A DNA stretch of 64,000 bases from Gonapodya sp. JEL0774 (GCA_027604505.1 JADIIX010000067.1:1-64000); one strand, 5' to 3'. Counted from the first letter of the stretch, positions 12,901 through 25,830 are shown. Made by a program: numbers and translations. The notes: a model not told the origin generated them from the letters alone.

Positions 12901-13979
12901 CAAACCCCTCGTTCGCGAACACACCAACCAATGCATACGTTGGTGCGACTCGCTCGACCTCGGTAAAAGCGGTAGGATCTTCAAGGGTGGACGAGTCGAA
13001 CGATCTGTCCAACTTCCTGCCCTCGCGCCGTGCCCAGTCTGAGAAGGGTCCCAGGGATACTGCCAGCAGTCAAATTGGCGTAATTGGCGTAGTACCAGCA
13101 AGTTCTTCTAGCAGATCCCGTCCCACCTCCATGATGCTTGTAGAGCAACCCAATCCAGGGTACCCAACACCCCCCGTCACACCTCCAACTTCAACAAATG
13201 GATTGAAGGAGAGAGTTGCTGCAAACCTGTCATCGGAGGACACCACGGAAGATGACGAAAGCGATTGGGACTCTGAAGACTCCGAGGATGAGAGCGGGTC
13301 TGGTAGTGAGGAAGAAAGTGATTATGGCAGCGATGATACAGAGACTGGGACGGAGAGCGAGCTTGGGACGCCGGACAAACCGTTGCCTCCTCCACGGAGT
13401 CGCGGGAACAAGCCAGCGTTCGTCACGGAAACCCAATATGCCGACCAAGATGATTATGGTCAACAGCGAAGGGGCTCCAAGTCAAACGGTTCGTCCGGTG
13501 CGTACAGCGCGCCTCCATTGAGTCCGCTGTCGTCAGATGGAAGCAGGAAAATCGGTTCTCTTCGACGAATTCCGAATTCCTCCGTTGCACGAAAGATTTC
13601 TTTTCATCGAAACACCTCAATCCGAAAGTCCATCCGAGACCATCATCGTCCAATCAGTGATACACGCTCAGATAAGGGCTCTATGAAGTCTTTTGAGGGG
13701 AGCGCGCGTCGTGAAGGTTCGAAACGAGGAGGTTCCATCCGATTGGGACCTAATCGTATGGGCTCTGTCCGCGTGGGATCGATTCGCAGACCCGTACAAT
13801 CGAATCGCTTTACTCCCCATGTGGGCTTTGAACCGCAGTATGGGAAAAAGATCGACCCTAATCAGAATTCGGACCGGGACTCGGGGAGGCGGAGCGCCAG
13901 GAGCGGAGCCAAACCGAAGAAGCCGACGTTCTGGAAGAGCTTGAAAGGAATTTTCGCACTGGGGGGGCCTAAGAAGTGA
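9927..13979 (+). CDS. Large intrinsically disordered Ser/Pro/Arg- and acidic-tract protein of unknown function (about 1300 aa)
   Basis: ORFs 9927-11648 and 12069-13979 join in frame through two GT-AG introns near 11641-11703 and 11760-11820. A further in-frame intron is probable near 12388-12456. Confidence 0.75.
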
Positions 13980-14339
13980 ATTGATAGACAATTTGATAGA
14001 TATTATCGGACATTCTGGTGGACATTTTACGCAACCTGCAGGACAGCGTCGGATATTGGTCACCTGCCACTATCTTTCGGACATGGGAATGGGCTATATA
14101 GTACCCACAAATATCCCCAAGAAGTTATCATTGTATTTATCTATGCGTAATTGAGTTTCAATTGAAGTATACGCTTCTACTACTGTCAGTTTACTCAAAT
14201 GTGCACTCTCTTTCGAGAATTGGGAATACTACTACACAAGAAGGACGAAGCGTACCCACAGCATGCCCTGCTTGGGGCGGGGAACTCAACCCGACAGACA
14301 TTGTTATTCCCGGTTCTCGAACACAAGCGACTCCAAACA

Positions 14340-14944
14340 ATGGCACAACGAATGAGTAAGAAGACTGGGATAATCTGGAGGTGAAATTTTCATCCATCGT
14401 CACTCAGAATCGTTATTCTGCCCTTCGGAACCATACCCGTCGGAACTACAGTCGTGATTCTCAAGGCGAAGAAGGAGGAGGCATCCAAGGTTGCTGATAT
14501 CCTTGCGGAAGGGGCGCGCCTCACGCGCCAAAATGACGCTGGCTGCATCGATTACACAGTTGTTCAGGATAAAGCGTGAGTACCAGCGGCGTTCAAACTT
14601 CGCTCTTCAGAACACTGAGCTCCCGTTCGATTCCCCCAGCGATCCCGCCACTTTTATTTTTGTGGAGGTATGCCGGAAATCTGAATTTCGGACGCGCATT
14701 CGAAAACCCAATGAAGCTAACAAGTGTGGGGTGCATTTATAGCACTGGAAGGACCAGAAGTCGGTCGAAGCGCACATGAAGGCCGCGCACTTCATCGTAC
14801 GTTCTCCTATTGTAGATTCTTTGCACTTACTCTGTGCTAACTTTGACCGGACTACCTACGGTTCCAACTCAGAACATGAACAAACAACTGAAGGGCAAGA
14901 TGTCCGGGGCTCCGACTTTCTACCGCGTGGAGGCCAAAGTTTAA
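14340..14944 (+). CDS. Antibiotic biosynthesis monooxygenase (ABM)/putative quinol monooxygenase, 97 aa, copy 1
   Basis: Exons 14340-14355, 14452-14575, 14640-14667, 14743-14796 and 14873-14944 give MAQRMIVILKAKKEEASKVADILAEGARLTRQNDAGCIDYTVVQDKADPATFIFVEHWKDQKSVEAHMKAAHFINMNKQLKGKMSGAPTFYRVEAKV. This carries the ABM signature GCxxY...DPxxFxxxExWxDxxxxxAHxxxxHF. Confidence 0.9.
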
Positions 14945-15085
14945 AGTTTTTAGATGTTACCGGCATGGTTTTAATGTAAAAAGGGGACTCGGTGCATCTT
15001 TCATGTTTGATCTGCTGGTCGGAACTTCCCTGTGCCGATCGGAGTCGTTTCTCTCCATTTTCTTCCCCATCACACATCATCGATT

Positions 15086-15827
15086 ATGGTTCTTCGTACA
15101 AGTACGCTATACCTCGCCTTCGTCTTTCATTCGCAATCCCTCGGTCTGATGCGAGATTCCCCTTGCGTTGTTGTTCCGTCGGACTTCCACTTTTCGTCCG
15201 ACTTCGGCTTCCCCCCCCCCCCCCCATCTCGCATCACGAATGGTGCACCATCATCACCTCAAATGGCTCAATCATACATCGATGTGATCCAATTTTGTTA
15301 CTTCAGTTGCCGTTTTGAAGGCGAAGAAGGAAGTTGCGGAGGAGGTTGGCAATATTTTGGCCGAAGGTGCTCGTGCAGTGAAGCTGAATGAGCCAGGCTG
15401 CATCGAGTACACCTTGATGCAAGACAAAAGGTTCGATTTGAGTCCGTGGTGGTTCTGGTAGTGATGTTTCATGAGATTCACCTTTTCATCCATACCCGAT
15501 GACGGATAATTATCTCGGCAGCGACCCCGCCACTTTCATTTTTGTAGAACAGTGGAAAGATGAAGCAGCTGTTGCCGCCCATGGGAAAGCACCTCACTTC
15601 ATCGTGAGTACATACGCGGTGTGGGTAGACATTTAGGCTGGCTTCACAGAATCATTTTGTCGTCACGTGGGAACAGGAAATGAACAAGAAGCTTAAGGTG
15701 AGAGTGCTTGTATGATAGATTCAGACTCAAGAGTCCACTGAATGAAATCAATGTGTTGGTGAACGTTCCATAACAGGGCAAAATGGCCGGACCCCCAGGA
15801 ATCTACCGTGTTGAAGCCAAGGCATAA
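15086..15827 (+). CDS. ABM/putative quinol monooxygenase, 97 aa, tandem copy 2
   Basis: Exons 15086-15101, 15307-15430, 15522-15603, 15677-15697 and 15777-15827 give MVLRTIAVLKAKKEVAEEVGNILAEGARAVKLNEPGCIEYTLMQDKSDPATFIFVEQWKDEAAVAAHGKAPHFIEMNKKLKGKMAGPPGIYRVEAKA. Confidence 0.9.
15211..15225. repeat. C15 homopolymer inside intron 1 of ABM copy 2
   Basis: Fifteen consecutive C read directly from the sequence. Confidence 0.9.
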
Positions 15828-15958
15828 ATGATGGATATTGGAGTCATTCTATGTACTGTCATGAGCTCAATAATCAAATACGGTCATTTGGTCGCAAGAA
15901 CTTCACTATTACATTGACCACGCCAGCTGTCGAAAATCGTCACACAAAATATATAAAT

Positions 15959-18901
15959 CTAATACCAGAATGCCTTCAGGTTTCCCTTCAGTTGAAGAGG
16001 CTGTTCGAATGCTACAACCATCACCGACCGGTCGGACGCACCATCGCTGCCCGCCAACCGGTTTAAGAGTTCATTAGACTCAACAGGTTTTGTCTGATCG
16101 TCCTTTGTGGCGATCGTGATGTGAGGATGTGCGTTCTCGCTTTCGAATCCGGCAGGCAATTCGACAGGAATGCACATTACCCTGTCATTAAATACGACCG
16201 TCGAAGCCGTCAATGTCACCGCTGTAGGAGACTCACTCGCCGATGCACCGGCGTTCTGAGGCGTCGACGGTGAGTCCAACAGTGTCCGATACTGTTCCAC
16301 CAGGCCGATTCTGTCTGATGGCAGTCGGGATTGCTCGGCGCTGTTACCGCAGAACACGAGTGTGACATGGAAGTCCTTCTTCACCCGCTTCTTCTTCACC
16401 AAAAAGTCCCAAAAAGATCGCTCCTCCCGATTTTCGAACAATCGTGCAAGCTCCGCGGGCAAATCCGGCTCTGTGATTGCTATCCCGTAATACCTCGGAA
16501 GAGCAGTTCGACCCTTATTCTCGGTCTTCTTTCCCTTCTGGTCACCCACGCTCTTGACTACAGTAGGTTTGTAAGCAAAAGCAATCAACATCGCCTGGTC
16601 AATTGCCTCGTCTGTCGGCATTTCAAGTCCCATTTCGCGAATCACGGTCACGAGGTTAGAACGTGTATCCGAGAATACTGATAGCGATATCACTTTGTCG
16701 ATACCCTTGTCGGCGCGTTTGGACAAATCAATAGGATCCCGTTTGCGAATGAAGTTACGAAGCACTTTTTGAAATCCCTCTGTTCGGTTGGGAGTTAAGG
16801 ACTGATGGTTTTCACCTCTGTAAAAGGGAGTCCCAAAAAAAAGTCCAGTGAGGGTGGGCAGAATCTACAGGACACATCTCTCACCTGCTGATCACTCGCT
16901 GAGTGGTGACCTCCAATATCTCCTGTTCTTGCGCTGGATCAACTTGCCAGTCTAGAGCGATAACGCGACAGCCTGGATACTGGTTGCGCATAGACGCAAT
17001 GAGGTTCTGTCGGTGTTCTGAAGGACTAGCTTAGAACCCTACGCCGATTCAAAAAATACGGGATAGCAACTCATCCTACCAAAGAGGTGATTGTTCTTGT
17101 CAGCGATTACTGTATCATGATCCTTGAACTCATTGAAAATGGCGTCAACGAAGTGCTTCATGGGATTCTTCTTGTTTGTTATGTTGTCATTCTAGGTATT
17201 GTGGTGGGTCAAGAAGGCACTCGACCGACATTCAGCCAAATAAACTCACCTGAACATGACCGAATCCAAAAAGTTCCGTCAATGCAACAGCCAAGGTTGT
17301 TTTCCCGCAGCCAATGGTGGCGATTGGAACAATAATGGTTTTAGAATACCCACGCATAGGCTTACTCTTTGCCGGTGACGGGAGGTGGTCGCTTGTGCTG
17401 CCCCGCTCTAATCCAGATGACATCGATCCAGAAGCCGTACTTGCATTGCCGTTGTCGTTCATTGCACGTGCCTCCAAAACTTCAGGAGTCAGACCCGCGG
17501 TGTGAGTACTCTCTTCGCCGTCGATATCGTTTCTCACGGCCAACCTCTCCGGGTCGTTGATTCCCATCTCTGCAAGGAACATGTTACGCACCCTTATAAT
17601 GCCGTGGTTCTGGTTGAAGCCCTCGAAGAGGATGGGCTCTTCCTTCAGCTTTCGCTTCACGAAGTTCACATACTTCGAAGTAAGGTCGTACCGGTGCCGT
17701 GCAAAGTCTTTCCCTCTCATGACCTGTCGAGTGACCTCTCGCCACTCGCGGTACATAAGGTAAGGTTCATCATATTTGACCTACCGATGGGGATAGGGAA
17801 GAACGCGTCCGTTAAAAAGACGTCTCGTTTGCAAGTCTCCAAAGAATATTCTACCTTAAAGAACATGTCCTCCAGCTCCCGGTCCTCTCCCCGCACCTTG
17901 CACCGGACAACCCAACCCTCGATAGGCCGGTTCTCAAAGCTGCCGGTCTCACGGCAAGAATCCGTGAGCTCTTTTACTTGTTCGATGGTGTCCCGCACCA
18001 GCGCCCCAACCTGATTGAAACCGAAGTAGTTGGCAAACTCGGTGAGCTGGCTCGTTGGCCATGTTTGAAGCCTTATTGTGTTATGGTTTATTCCGTGAAG
18101 GTAGAGTCCTGCGCGGTCAGGAGGGTATGCCAGAATGTGCTCTTCGAACTCATCGTCCGCAAGCTATAAATGCCCATTGGAATCAGTGAGTCGTGTTCAC
18201 TCAGAAGCAATCGCTAAGTGAACAGAAAATACCTCGAAGACGGCCGTGACGTTATGTCCCTCCAAAAATCGCGCGAGCTCCTGCTTCGTGCGACCCGCTC
18301 TGTTGAGGTGCCTGAGAAGCCATTCCTCACCTAAGATTCTGGTCAGCAAAGCGTTGAGATCGTGGTATCGAGTGAATGAGGACTCACCCTTCTCCGCATG
18401 AGGTCCTCCAATTGCGTGTTTGGAAGTCACCAAGATGTGGCCGTCCAGCGCGGCGATAAATATAATGCATCCATTCTCCTTCAAAGTGAGCTCATAAGGT
18501 GCCCTGTTATGTTGTATCCATTGGTGGGTGTCACGGTTACAATGTGGTTGATTGAACGTCTTCACCCACAGAGTTGCCTCTTGCAATTGAGTCCATTCGA
18601 CCCATTTCACCTCCCCGACATTGAAAAACTTGTCGTACCCCCTTGCAACGATCTGAGGCGCCCCATCCTTCATCCGCATGAAGATCCCACGTGCATTGGA
18701 GGGAAGTTTCCCTCCGCGCTTGTATTGACTCTCGTCGGGTACTGAGTAGCTGTAGATGTCCTCCTTCACAACTGGCAAGTAGTACGCAGTTCTTCGCATC
18801 AGAGAGTGGCGACCCTTGCCCGCGCTTGCTGCATCGAGTCGGTTTTTGAAGGCGATTAGCTCGTGGTTCCTATCGCGAGCGTCCGAGTATTGACCCTCCA
18901 T
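15959..18901 (-). CDS. TRL1: Fungal-type trifunctional tRNA ligase (Rnl1-like ligase, polynucleotide kinase, cyclic phosphodiesterase)
   Basis: Ligase motifs ARGIF, RGYDKFFN, TLKENGCIIF (KxNG), SKH and IEGWVVRC. Kinase P-loop PIATIGCGKTT. 2H-phosphodiesterase motifs FHVTL and PHITI. Multi-exon. Confidence 0.95.
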
Positions 18902-19143
18902 GACCCTTTCCACTTGATTGGGTAAGAATAGGAGAAGATTGAAGCCGACTGAACCTGATGGACGTATTTTATGGGGCAGAAGGCGGGCCAGTTTCATTCG
19001 CTTTGGGCGAGTGCATCTTTGAGGCGGGTGAGGGTGGAACACCAGTTGGACATAAATATTGTTCGCATTTTTGAGGTATTGCTTGATATCAAGTCCCATA
19101 AAAATGGGGATAGCCTTGCTATATGTATCTGCAGCTGGATGGC

Positions 19144-21243
19144 TCACTTCTTGCGTCTCAAAGCTGCTAACTTCTCCAAGAGTACATGCGCCTCTCTTGC
19201 TTCCCACTCAGTGACCCTCTTCATTTCTGCCAACTGCTCCTTCCTTCTAGCCACTTCCTGCTTCCACTCCTCCAATGTCGCCTGAGGAATTGCGGAAGAC
19301 TGTATGTTACTGGCTTCAACACCAGTTGGGGCATGGACCACTGTCCGTGTGAATCTCATATCGTTCAGCACATTCACATCCATGGGTGCTGCAGCTGGAG
19401 TTCTCGGAATGGTAAGTATATCCTCCAAAGGTTTTATTGTGACGAGAGGCTGAGAGCGAGTTCGTGGTATTTTGGAGCGCGCCTGAGCTGGCTTCCTTTT
19501 GGAAGGTGACGGTGACGGTGAAGCCGCTCTCAAGCGCGGTACCGGCGTCTTTGGCCTTGATAGAGGTGGTGGCGCAACTTTTCTCGATCCATCTACGGTA
19601 ACTGGCAAAGGTGTGCGCACTTGACCAGGGAATTCATCCGAAAACTGGGCCTGAGGTAAGCCAAGAGCCCGCTCAAGTGCCCTCTCCTGTTCTGTGACAT
19701 TGAACGGAGACGAAAAGGTCCAATAGGCGGACTCGGTCCCCCAAATCTGGGTGAGAGGCACCGGGCCAGCATAACTGGCAGGCGGGTTTAGCATCCGATT
19801 GCTCGAATCGCTTACAGTCGGTAGCTGAGCTCGCTCCGCAACTTCATCAACGACCGCTGGAGGTTGAGGAGTGTGGCCCGCCACGTCATCCATACCATCC
19901 AAGTCGACATAAGCGCTCAAGTCGAAGAAGGAGTCTTCCTTCGTGCGTGTTCGGGCGATAGTTTGCGGGCACGGCGAAGGTGCTGACAGAATGTGAGAGT
20001 CTGGGAGTATGTTGAACTTGAGATTCGGTTGGGAATAGGATGTTGGTATGAGTGTTCGTGAACGACTTTGAGAGGAGGATATCGGGGCATCCTGGTTCTG
20101 CTCCGTTTGACAATCAAAATCAAAATCGAAGTCCGCAAACATGTCCATAGCTGTTGTCTTAGACTGCAGCCCTCCACTGAGTCGCAAAGAGGCACTGAGA
20201 TCCATCAGACTTCCCAGTGAGGCGCTCCTTTTCCGCGAGAGCGGACGCACAACAAGATTTGGTGGGACTCTGGATGGAGCAGCCGTGCAAAGGATACCGA
20301 GAGCATGACCGTCTCCAGAGACTTCCATATTGATGAAATGGACACCAAGGCCGTGTTTGGGAATATGTTCTCCCACAAGCGTTTCACTGCTTGACACAGA
20401 GGGTCGAGCTGCCATGAAAGCTGGAGGACTACATGGACCAAGGAGTGCGACACTGTCGTGTGTGGGGATGAATTGGTCTGGTATAATCGACGGCGTGAAA
20501 CCGGTTGCGTAATTCGTGCGGTTCGTCCTCATTTTTTCGTGCTCATAATTTCCTTTCCCAATATTGCGAGACCCTCCCGGAGAACTTTTGCTGGTATAGA
20601 TTGTTGATACGTTTGGACCTTTTGGTTTATGAGAGCGCCGGCCAGTGCTCTGGTGGCATTCATTCGCTTCCGTTAACTTCCTTCCGGACAGACAAAGGTT
20701 TTCCAGTGCTTCTTTACTTGCAGCGAGCTTGAAAGCGTCATCGATAGCCCTCTGCGTGAGAGTGTAACCATACGGCTGATGTCTTCGCCCATGACGGTTG
20801 ACTGTGCGAGACGTTTTCGCGGCAGCGACATTGGCCCTCTGGGGACCACCACCAACATAGCTATCCAGAAACCCCGCCAGAGTATCGAGACTACCATCTT
20901 CCGGGAAAAATGAGGCGACTGAGGTAACTGGGCTTGCCGGTGGGCACCCTGCCGGGCCTTTATGTAACACAAACCACAGACCTTGAGCTCCATTCCTCCA
21001 GCACAATCATGGGCACAATCTACCTTGAATTATTTGGTTTTGATAATCTCCAAACGAAGATGAAGCACTTGGATTAATGGGCGAGATGGGATGGGCGGTT
21101 TCTGGGCTTGAATGGCAATCGATGTTCATTTTGGAGGACATGGTAGACGGCCGGCAAGTATCAAAGCTTTTCTTGAAGTTTGCAAGCGATGGATTGGATA
21201 TGGAAGTGGGTGTGGATGCATTCGAGGGGGAGTAGGCGAGCAT
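19144..21243 (-). CDS. Hypothetical Ser/Pro-rich protein with C-terminal coiled coil
   Basis: A 620-codon open frame (19144-21006) plus a probable upstream exon starting MLAYSPS. It contains GRRHQPY (PY-NLS-like) and ends in the charged helix LEEWKQEVARRKEQLAEMKR. The start and first intron are uncertain. Confidence 0.6.
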
Positions 21244-21566
21244 CTTCGCTGTTGACGTTCTTTCGCTCTGTTATTTTGCAATCACCCTTTCAACACCCAC
21301 ACGCGGGGAAGCAAATCATGAGAAGAATTCACCGTTTGCAGATACTCAAGAAAACGACAATCTGATTGATTCAAGGTGCTCCTTCCAATCCACGCTGGTG
21401 AGAAACAGAACGGGTGCCAAGTCCAACAAGATTATGCGTGTTTGAGTTTTCCTGCAGCACCGATACGTCGATCGGCGAAGATGACAGCCAGGCGCCGCTG
21501 CCCCGAACTAAAGCATTATTCGGTGGCACTCTAGCCTTCAGCTTAATCTTATTCGGTGTCCCGTCT

Positions 21567-24154
21567 ATGTCAGCACAAAAGAGGAAGGGGAATGAAAACT
21601 ACGCGACACAAACCCCACCATACCTTTCCGTCTTTGACGCTGCAACAAGGAGTCCCATAACTCCATTCGTTCTCGTGCTGTTGCTCCTGCAACAGCGGCT
21701 GTACTCTTTGCAGGATTCAGTCCGAGCCGATTGCGCGCGCGCTCGTCAAACAATCGCTGAGGCGTGTAGCTATCTGGAGGTGTCCGCAACGGCAATTGTC
21801 AACATTCCAGAAAAGCTGGCAGTCGAAATTAATGCGGGACTTGTTCAAGCTACAGTAACGGGAATCAAAAAGTTGGAAGGCGCATTGACTGCGACTGTTG
21901 ATGCCCTCACAAACTTGCGTATGTGTGACGATGATGGAGGGTGCTTTCTCCCCGCCAAAAAAGCACATGACATCCTGTCTTCGGACTAGTTACCTTGGCC
22001 ATCAAACACTATCTCAACACGTATGCTTGCCTCCTTGACTTTCTGTCGGCTGCGACATTCGGCTCAGTCCAATATTATGCCGATGTAATGCAAGTTTTCA
22101 TCAATCAGCACGTGGCCCAGATAACATCTGCGCTCTCTTCTGGACTCAACAACATCAATGCAGCATTAGTACAAGCCCAGCAAAATGGTCTCGGCGCACT
22201 ACAAGGCTTTCTTAATGGCATACCCGGAGTTTCTGTCAACATAAACGCCCAACAAGTTCTTCAACTTCCTCAGGTTAGCGTCGAGCTTCAGAGCATTCAA
22301 GTTATACCACTCGACTTTGTGAATAGCCTGAAAGTGATTCAGGTTCCAAGTGCTGTCGCAGCGGAGGCGCAGTTGCTGGATCTGATGAAACGACCATCAC
22401 AAGTGGGTGCGACTGTGAGGGAATGGCACTCCACTTATGTGTTCTCCAACCGTCTTCATAAATGTGTACAGATACTTAAAGGAGAAATTGTCACAGGGCT
22501 GTCGTCCATCAGCCTATTCTCAAGTCCCCTACCCCTTCCCCCCCATACAGAGAGGGTCATCATCTGCTCGTCCAATACCACCTCTCAAGCCATCTCACAC
22601 TTTGAAGATGTTCTGAGGACGTCGATTTCGTCTCTCACGACTGGGATCTGGATTCTCATCGGAGCTGTTGCTCTTGTGTTGGCCCTATCCGAAGTGCTGG
22701 TGTATTGGAGAGACCGCAGCACAAAACAGGCCATCGCTCGCATTTTGGATTCTCCAAATCGTCAGAGTAGTGTTTTGGAGTGGAACAGTTACGTAGCCGA
22801 CTCCATTTTTGAGCGCATTAGGTCTCCTCTCGCTTACGAATTGTCTACCCGAGCCTGCATGTTGTTGCCTTGTACTCGATCTCGCACTTCCCTTGATCAA
22901 ATGGAATGGTTTGTTCGCTACGTGTGTCACCCTGGGTCACTTGCTATCATATCGACTGGTATCCTTGGGATGATCCTCACGACCATCGCGCAACCGTTGG
23001 TTTCACAGAGAGTAGACGCGCTGCGCTCTTCCCTCACGGCTGAGATGACAGATTGGGAGGATCAGGGACGAGTCGCGATTGACAATGCAGTTCTGAGCGT
23101 CACGAGACCGTGGGCAGACGGGGTAAATGATGCACTTTCGACTTTGGAGAACACAATCAACAACGACGTTTCTGGCTGGATTGTGGGGGTGGTGACCCCT
23201 GTCAACACGACCCTGAACTTCCTCACAAACCACGTGACGGATGGCGTGCAGGCTGTTTTCGGTGGCGTACCTCCTATTGAGCACGCGTTGTCGTCACTCT
23301 TCCGCTGTCTCTTCGAAGCACCCATCCGAGAGTTGGAGCAAGGACTTGCGACTCTTGCTCAAGGCCTCAGCATCAACCTTCCTAGAGTAAACGAGACAGC
23401 ACTTGCAGTAGAAGCTGAGTCAGCTCTGGCTGTATTAACCGTCGTGAGAGTGGGCGTCGTGGGAACTCATAATGAAAGAACTGGCAAAAGGGAAGGAGGA
23501 TTTGTAGGTGCAATGGAGAAACGATACGAAGCCACGTTAAATGAAGATCGCAAATTCTACATGCACATTCTATTGTTCGGACTGATCGTACCTGTTGTTG
23601 GATTCTTACGGATCATCTGCTGGCTTGTGCTCGATGTGTGCAGATCAATAGGAGGGCATTATTTTCCCAGAAGCTCTGACTCTAGACGCATGTCTATGAC
23701 GGCATTCTTGCAGGACTCTCAACCGGAACGTGCCTGGACCACGCCTCGATGGATAGACGATGCAGGATACTGGTTCCGATCAACCTTCGCACGCGGCCAG
23801 CAAGAATCGTCGACCGATCGCAAGGCAAAAATTTCGGCCGCAGTGTTGCAGTTCAGCTCGGCTTCAATTCCGGGAACGTCAGTCACATCATCGGGAAGCC
23901 CCGTTCGAGGTATCGCACCGTTAAGAGCAAGAGCACAGTACGACATGTTCCCTTCCTCGCCACACACCGGAATACTTCGATCCTCGGATTCTCAATCAGA
24001 GGAGCGATCACTGTCATCGAGCTTGTTGAATGACTTCACTTATGTTGGACTGAGGTCTCCGGCATCACAATCTTCTCACTGGTGGGAGGCACAACAATTG
24101 GATCCTAGGGTCGTCGAGCAACTGAAGAGGAGAGTCTCAACTGGCAAACAGTAA
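21567..24154 (+). CDS. PRM1: Plasma-membrane fusion protein Prm1 homologue
   Basis: N-terminal TPPYLS followed by a TM segment, then ACxxLExxATAIVNIP...N, YLNTYACLLDFL and a long luminal helical region. Further TMs include WFVRYVCHPGSLAII. It also has WADGVND...E.TINNDVSGWI.....VNTTLN, a CL motif and a final TM, matching the fungal Prm1 layout. Confidence 0.85.
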
Positions 24155-24314
24155 TATAATCCAAATTATTAAACATGGCAACTTGTGTATTCCAACATAA
24201 ATCGAAACTGATCGCCGTCCTACTCGCCACCACACTCTCGGCACTGTAAAAAAAATGCAAAACACACACAAACATACACAAACCGACCTGCTAGACACAA
24301 ACTAAGCTCTGGGA

Positions 24315-25830
24315 CTATTGTGAATACTTCGTACAAACGTCCGTCAGGAGAACATTCCGCGTTCGTTGAATTTTCGGTGCGAACGAAGGAGCTTTGTAGG
24401 ATGCACGCTCGGCGTTCACAACTGAAGAATGCAAGGATGCCAGTGCCATCAACAGACTTTGTTGAGGGCAGACTCAAAAACCAAGAATGCGACTCACGTT
24501 TGTGCAAAAAGAAATCTCGCGCCGTTGCATCCGTTCCAATGATTGTGGGCTCTGGCAACTCTGGCGAGAACGCTGGAACCCCTTCCTTGGCGACCATCTG
24601 AATTTTGTACCCTTCCTCAGACGGTTGGACAGCGGCAACGACGTGGTTCTGCTTGCTGGTCAAGGAATTGATCCTAAACTGTCCTGCGTCAGCATCTTGG
24701 AAAACAATAAGGACTATGTCGTTGCCTAGGTGTCGTTTACGCTCTATTTGTTGGGGTTCATGCTCGGTGAAAGGGAGGAGGGTTGCGACATGGAACATGA
24801 TTTCGTACGATTGCCATTTGGTATAAATTGACTGGGTGCCAGTATTACTGTCTGTCAGGGGTAGTTTGTAACCTCAGAGATTGCAGAGTCCGTGAGTAGC
24901 CACATGAGACTCACTAGTCGATGTATCCAGCCCTGCTCGATATCCCTTCCAACCCTTGAGGTCTATCCGCTCCCCCAAGAAAGATAAGAAGTGCTGGTAG
25001 GCTTTAGAAGTACGTTCTGGAGAGACAAATTTGGTGGATGTTGGGCACACAAAGATTGCCTGCGTCCCCGTCTCACCAGTTCGATTCCGGAACATTTCTT
25101 CTTCACTCGTCTGACCGGCTGAAAGATATGCAACACCAAATTTGTAACTTCGAATCACCTAATGACGCTCAATGTGGTCACGAGTACCATGTCGAGGTGA
25201 ACCTATACATCAGCTCACCTGTCGCTCTTCCATTGATAACAGTTCGTTGGGGAGTGAGAGCTCTCTACTCAGTCGCATTTCGGATACAGGAATGTTGCGA
25301 GAAGCTGCTTGCATCACATGCTCGAGAGGTGGACCCAGACCAAAGAGCTTGCGGACGAACGGGACAGGTACTAGCTTATTTGGGACCGTTAACCGTTCTG
25401 AACCCTGGGACCGGTCAGGTGTCAGCATTTTAGGGCAGAGGGGCTACTGAGGCTTCAAAGGGTAGGCTCTCACCGTCTTTGTACGCACGAGAACCTTCCA
25501 GTTTTCATTTCCTTCCACTACCGAGACGGCGATCGGCCCTCGCTCCGACTCCACCGCCAAATAGTTGAAATGAGCTGTGATCCAGTTCAGCAGCAATTTT
25601 CATTCATTTCATTGACGGATTTGAATTGGAGTTTCCGCAAAGTGGAATTGAGTCTTGCGAAGGAAAGACCCGAAGGTCACATCTAGCTCACGCTTTCCAA
25701 AGAAGTTCTCCCGATACCATATGATGTCCTTCTCACACTCCTGTAGCAATGATTCATGTACACCTTGTACATGGGCGGATCGGTTCGTCGGAAGGATGGT
25801 CCATATAGAGTTTTGGACATTGACAGACAT
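24315..25830 (-). CDS. Stand-alone Rap/Ran-GAP domain protein (Rap1GAP-like)
   Basis: Spliced motifs WYRENFFGKPHFNYL, SYKFGVAYL...QTSEEEMF, FLSFLGERIDLKGWKGYRAGLD, EIMFHVATLLPF...QQIERKRHLGNDIVLIVFQD (Asn thumb) and LVNAERASYKAPSFA...RTR. Confidence 0.92.

Noticed and set aside
14620..14640. GTTCGATTCC resembling a tRNA T-loop/B-box
   Set aside because: It is the polypyrimidine/acceptor end of a 64-nt ABM intron with no cloverleaf stems around it.
1279..15827. Possible metabolic gene cluster (SDR, phosphatase, dioxygenase, ABM pair)
   Set aside because: No backbone enzyme (PKS, NRPS or terpene synthase) or cluster regulator, and the genes are interleaved with unrelated ones.
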